From Neophaeotheca triangularis (lineage: Eukaryota): a stretch of 64,000 nt of DNA. Below, piece after piece: positions 59,712 through 64,000 of the stretch. Made by a program: the position numbers and the translations under genes. The stretch covers positions 496,001 through 560,000 of the forward strand of contig BAAIJX010000010.1 of the NCBI GenBank assembly GCA_054600435.1, in the 5' to 3' direction. The notes beneath the pieces are model-generated. The model did no database searches. It was given only the letters and a program-made list of their open reading frames with translations, and was not told where the DNA came from. Numbering within the stretch: position 1 is the stretch's first letter; each line of letters starts with the position of its first letter.

Positions 59712-62203
59712 TCAACTGCTACGCTCGTCTAAGTCTTGTTGGACCCGCCGTAGGAGAGATATATAGGCATTTTCATCTTCCTTGGTATGAACACAGAACA
59801 CGATCTTCTTGAAAACCTTGGCTTTCGGTGAGCAAGCGTTAAGCCATGAAGTTATCGTGTCTATCGCGACGTCCACGGCTTCCTCGATCGGGTAGCGCTT
59901 GAGTCCAGTGCTGATCGCCGTGAAAGCAAGCGATTCGCAACCCATTTTCAAAGCAAGATCCAAGCTTCGGCGATAGCAGCGTTGCAGTAGCCATCGCAGT
60001 CGATCTGATTCTCCTGGAAGATATGTAGGACCTCTTGTGTGGATCACCCATTTGCAAGGCAGTCCATACGCTTTCGTCATGACGGCATCCCCAGCGTCGA
60101 TGGGCTTCAAGGTTCGGCATTCTTGCAACAATTCAGGGCCAGCACGCTCGTACACGGAGAGGGGCCCACCTGTCAAATCAAAGTTTGTGGGGTGAACGAT
60201 TGCATCAACTTCCAGAGTTGCTATGTCCGCCCTCACGAGGCTGAAGACATCACCGTATCTCACGTGCGCAACAGAAGGTATACCTGGTTGGGACCGACGA
60301 TAGATCTCATTCAAAGTGGGAATGTCGCCCAAAGGCACTATCGGAAGAGGCGTGTCGCTGGGCCCTTGGGTGTAAACTGGTCTCCAGAGGCTCGTGTCGC
60401 TTTCGGAGTTTCCGGCCGCCGCAGGAATCACAAGCTCGGGAGCTTCTTGGGGGATGATAGGTTTCGTTTCGCCGGGCGATTCGTCGCCTTCACCATCCTC
60501 AGAGACAACTCCATCATGCCAGTCGGCAAGGAGCTATCATCCTGGTCAGACCATAGATGACGCATGCTCGTGACGGTACTTACCTCGTCCTTGCGCTCTC
60601 TTGACCCTTCGCTTGTGCACTCTGAAGATCGTACGTCACTGTCGACAGATGGCGGTATAGCGAAAAGCGCCAACTGCTCCATATGCTGGGCCAGATGTCT
60701 CCGCAGTTTCTCGATTGGGATTAGTAGCACATGGCTCTCTGGTACACCTTTCGATGTAGCCTCTAAGCGCAGTTTTGCGTCCCACTCGTCGCAGAGCATG
60801 CAGCTAGAGCTGGGGACTTCAACAGCCGGCGAAGAGCTGGCCTGAAGAGTGGCGTCCAGATCATCATCCAGTGTACCATGAATTTCTTTGAGATGTTTGT
60901 GGAAGCCGTGTGGATTGTCGTGTGATTGGTCGGGGCAGGTCGGGCAACTCCATTCACGGCGATGAACTTCGGTTTCATGTAGGAACCAGCTGTCTTCGCT
61001 TTCGAATAGTCCTGCGTCGCAATCTTCGAAAGTGCATACATATGCTCGTAGATCCTGAAGGACGTGGTTTCTATGGGCAACTTTCAGTCTACTGGGCGTA
61101 CTCCAGATGCTCTATTGATCCCCTCCCATCTACGGTCTTCGATGGAAGAAGAAAGCAGATGGCAGCGACCACAGCTTCCACATTGATGTGGCGATCACTT
61201 ACCTCCACGTTCGCTGTTTTCTCGCATGGACAATGCCTCTGCAATACGGACACTCAAAAGGCTGCCCATTGCAACAGTGATCACTTAGTCTGGAAACCAT
61301 GAGTCGCTCTGAGCCTTCCAAAGTGTGCATAGTGGAAACGAAAGAAGTCGCTTCCGAGCGAGAGTTGTCTTCTCCACCTTGCTCGAGGTCTTTGAAATCC
61401 ATTGTAGCGAGCTGCCGGGCATTCGCGGTGGAGGCCTTCGTAGGGGCCAACGTTGGCCTGGAGTCCATTGCACGAGATTCTGTTGGTCCTTTGGTGGCTG
61501 AAGTCTCGACAGGTTGTGCCAAGTTTAGTGGCAGGTCCTGGGGCGCCGCCTCCGGTTTGAGAGATAAGCGGCTCTTGTGATCCCGACAATACCTTAGAAA
61601 TTGGCGGCGCTGTGTGATGGCTCGCCCAAGACGCTTTTGAAACCATACTTGATCATTTTGCAGCAGTTTAGGAAACTTGTCTCCGACATGTCGAATGTCG
61701 GGATCGTCGAGGAAAGTGGGATATCTTGCTCGGGCTGCAACTGCGTACCTGTCCCGATGAGTTGCTTTCCTGATCAAGATTGAGATCTTGAACAAGCTCT
61801 GCAAGAGGTCCGTGATCGATAGCAAAAGCTCATGGAGCTCTGTAGTATCTTCGTTGGGGGAGGATTCCGCACCAGGTCGTTGCTCATCGGGAACGAGGCT
61901 TCCATCAGGCCTTGCGCCATTCATGATATCCTGAGCCTCGGTTTGAATCTCGCAGAGTTCATTTAGAACTTCTACGAGCCTATTCACCACTTCTGGGGAA
62001 TCCTTCAGTCGGGCATCGGCGGACCTTGGATCTGAGATTGGGTGATAGGCGCCGATGTTGCCCGCCCAAAGGCGAAAACGGGTATCAGCATCCACGGCGA
62101 GAGCTCGATCGGAGATGTGCAAATCTGCATTATGGACCAATTGATGAGTCTTCTGGAGGATCTTCGACGTTCTCTCTTGGATGGGGGATGGTGTTGTCGA
62201 CAT
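59712..62203 (-). CDS. C2H2 zinc-finger protein fused to a C-terminal Macro domain (introns about 61071-61202 and about 60534-60583)
   Basis: RFRLWAGNIGA, RLG.AI.QRRQFL.Y...H, FECPYC..WR|NHV.QDLR.YVCTFEDC, CMLC..HLA.HMEQLALFA, then ADIATLEVDAIV..AGPELLQEC..AYGLPCKWVIHT.GP..AISTG. Confidence 0.8.
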
Positions 62204-62801
62204 GCTGAGGTTGTGCAGCCGGTCGTCTCGTCAATCTCCCACTTGCTTACATAACCTGTTGCACATGTAAGTTAAGTTAAGGTAAGGTAAATATGGATGT
62301 TAGTTACTCTCAGACCATGTCCCTTCAAATGGACATCAAACAGTGAGCACATTCTCATCTATCTTGAACATGTTAGAGATTATGAATCCACACACTTGGT
62401 CGTCAGTTCTGACCTCTGTAAGAACCTTGCCGTCTCGTTTAGATGTATACCCCGCCTGTCCGCCCAGCTGCAGGCCTTCCAAATGGCCACTGAGAGCTCT
62501 CTGATGCAGCCATGCCTGCACGATGCCTGCATAACACACCACGTGCCTGACTCCTGCTCCGTTCTACAGAGCAAAGCTAGCGGTCGAGTCTAACTTCACG
62601 GAGATTCCTCCTCCTCTACCAAGAAGAAACTCGATCGCTGGTGTCGATTTTCTTTCTCCCTGAAAATCATCGGGAGCCAATGCTAGCTCTCGAGTCGCAA
62701 CACTTTGGCGCGTTCTGGAGCAGGGAACAAGGTCCTCGAAAGTAAGGTCCGCAAGAAGAGCAGAAGATTCCCCGTTGCTGCCCATTCGCTCTGCCTGCGA
62801 G

Positions 62802-64000
62802 ATGAGCGGCGTTGAGATCGTAGGGGTAGTCCTCGGAGCCTTCCCACTACTGATCTCTGCCATGGAACACTACGAAGAGACGAAGAAGGTGTCGAAAGGC
62901 TGGTGGCAAATAAGGCGAGCCCACAAGAAGGACTTGGGCAATCTCAAGGACTGTAGTCTGGCTTTTCGGACCCACTTGAGAGAACTACTGCTGCCCCTTT
63001 TGCTTGAGGAGACTACAGATCGGAGCTCGTACGACGATTTACTCGCCAATCCCGGAGGCGCAGGCTGGCGGGGAGAGAACGTCGACCGTGCCTTAGCTGA
63101 AAGGCTTTCGGACCACCACGAGCGATATCTGGAAATCTTGAAGGAGATGGCGGAAGCTATGGCGAAGCTCTCATCCGAGTGCAAGGTCGAAGACAAGGAA
63201 TTCCAGGCAGGCCTGGCGGGCAGACAGTCACAGACCCAGCTCAGTCTTAACGCGAACGTCAGGTTCGAAGCTAAGCGTGCTGCTTACGCCCTCACCGCAT
63301 TCAAGCGTGACAGCTTGCTGGCAGAGGTAGAGCGGTACGTCCACAAGTTGAAAGAGATACTCGCTGCCAACGATCGTGTGAACGCAATCACGGGACGTAG
63401 CAGGAATCAGACTCCAGGGTCGGGTGTACCCAAAGCTTTCCTCCAGCTTTGGCAGCATGCTGAGAGCATCTTCAAGTTAGTAAAGAAGGCCTGGCAATGC
63501 CAATGCACAGGAAAAAGCGACATGACTCTGTGGTTAGGGCATCGAATCATCACGAAACCTGACATGAGACTGCTGATCAATTTCTGCCATGGGCCTAGCT
63601 GCTTACACGTGAAGCTTTTCGAGAGCTCAGATCGAGCCCAGCAGAACGTCGGAAAGAAAGTTCGACTTATGGCTCCGCCTGGGAGAGACACCGATCAAGA
63701 CAGCGAATCTCGCGACCGTGCCGACGCAAGCCGTGCGCTCAACATCAGCGCCCAAACATTAGCAGGGTCAAGGCAAGTCAGGCATCTTTCCTCTATCACA
63801 CCCTGGGTATCTAACGGGCCATCACTGCATCAGTACCTCGTCCAATTTTCTTCCCACCACACCATCCGATCCCAACGCGATTACTTCCCAGCTTGGGAAG
63901 ACCTGCAACCCGATGAAAGAGGATTTGTGCAAGGTTACAAGTCATAGTCTCTGCGAGTACGGTACATTGGTGGATGAGTGCAATTCCAGAGAATACCATC
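62802..64000 (+). CDS. Fungal 'MSGVE..GVVLGAFPL' family protein (DUF7580-like, helical N-terminus), truncated by the window; probable GC-AG intron 63773-63833
   Basis: Characteristic N-terminus MSGVEIVGVVLGAFPLLISAMEHYEE and W.C.C motif; splicing gives a frame open to the window end (DLC...C.YG.L.D). Confidence 0.75.

Overview
Eukaryotic DNA from an intron-containing filamentous ascomycete (GT..CTRAC..YAG introns of about 50-70 nt; Dothideomycete-like gene families, taxon inferred). The left half is dominated by three paralogous giant secreted mucin-like genes (A 4705-11956 +, B 13118-23904 +, C 30943-36856 -). They are built from Ser/Thr linkers, PAN/Apple-like Cys modules and CBM4/9-like modules, and every internal intron I traced is phase 2 at one of two homologous positions. 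A sulfite-oxidase-like gene, a GH31 alpha-xylosidase and a CoA-transferase III gene lie between B and C. The housekeeping genes vps1 and vma1 follow. Next is an accessory island (about 44.5-53 kb) with five 'LPxE/DxRxxIY' F-box-like paralogs in different states of decay, two tRNA-like/structured non-coding elements (one with a triple repeated stem-loop) and a HET-domain gene. The right end holds an AMP-binding enzyme, POM34-like, a tail-anchored hypothetical protein, and a C2H2-zinc-finger/Macro-domain fusion head-to-head with a truncated 'MSGVE' family gene. The window opens with two tandem paralogous Cys/His orphan genes. Gene models were spliced by eye and domain names come from motif recognition, not from database searches.
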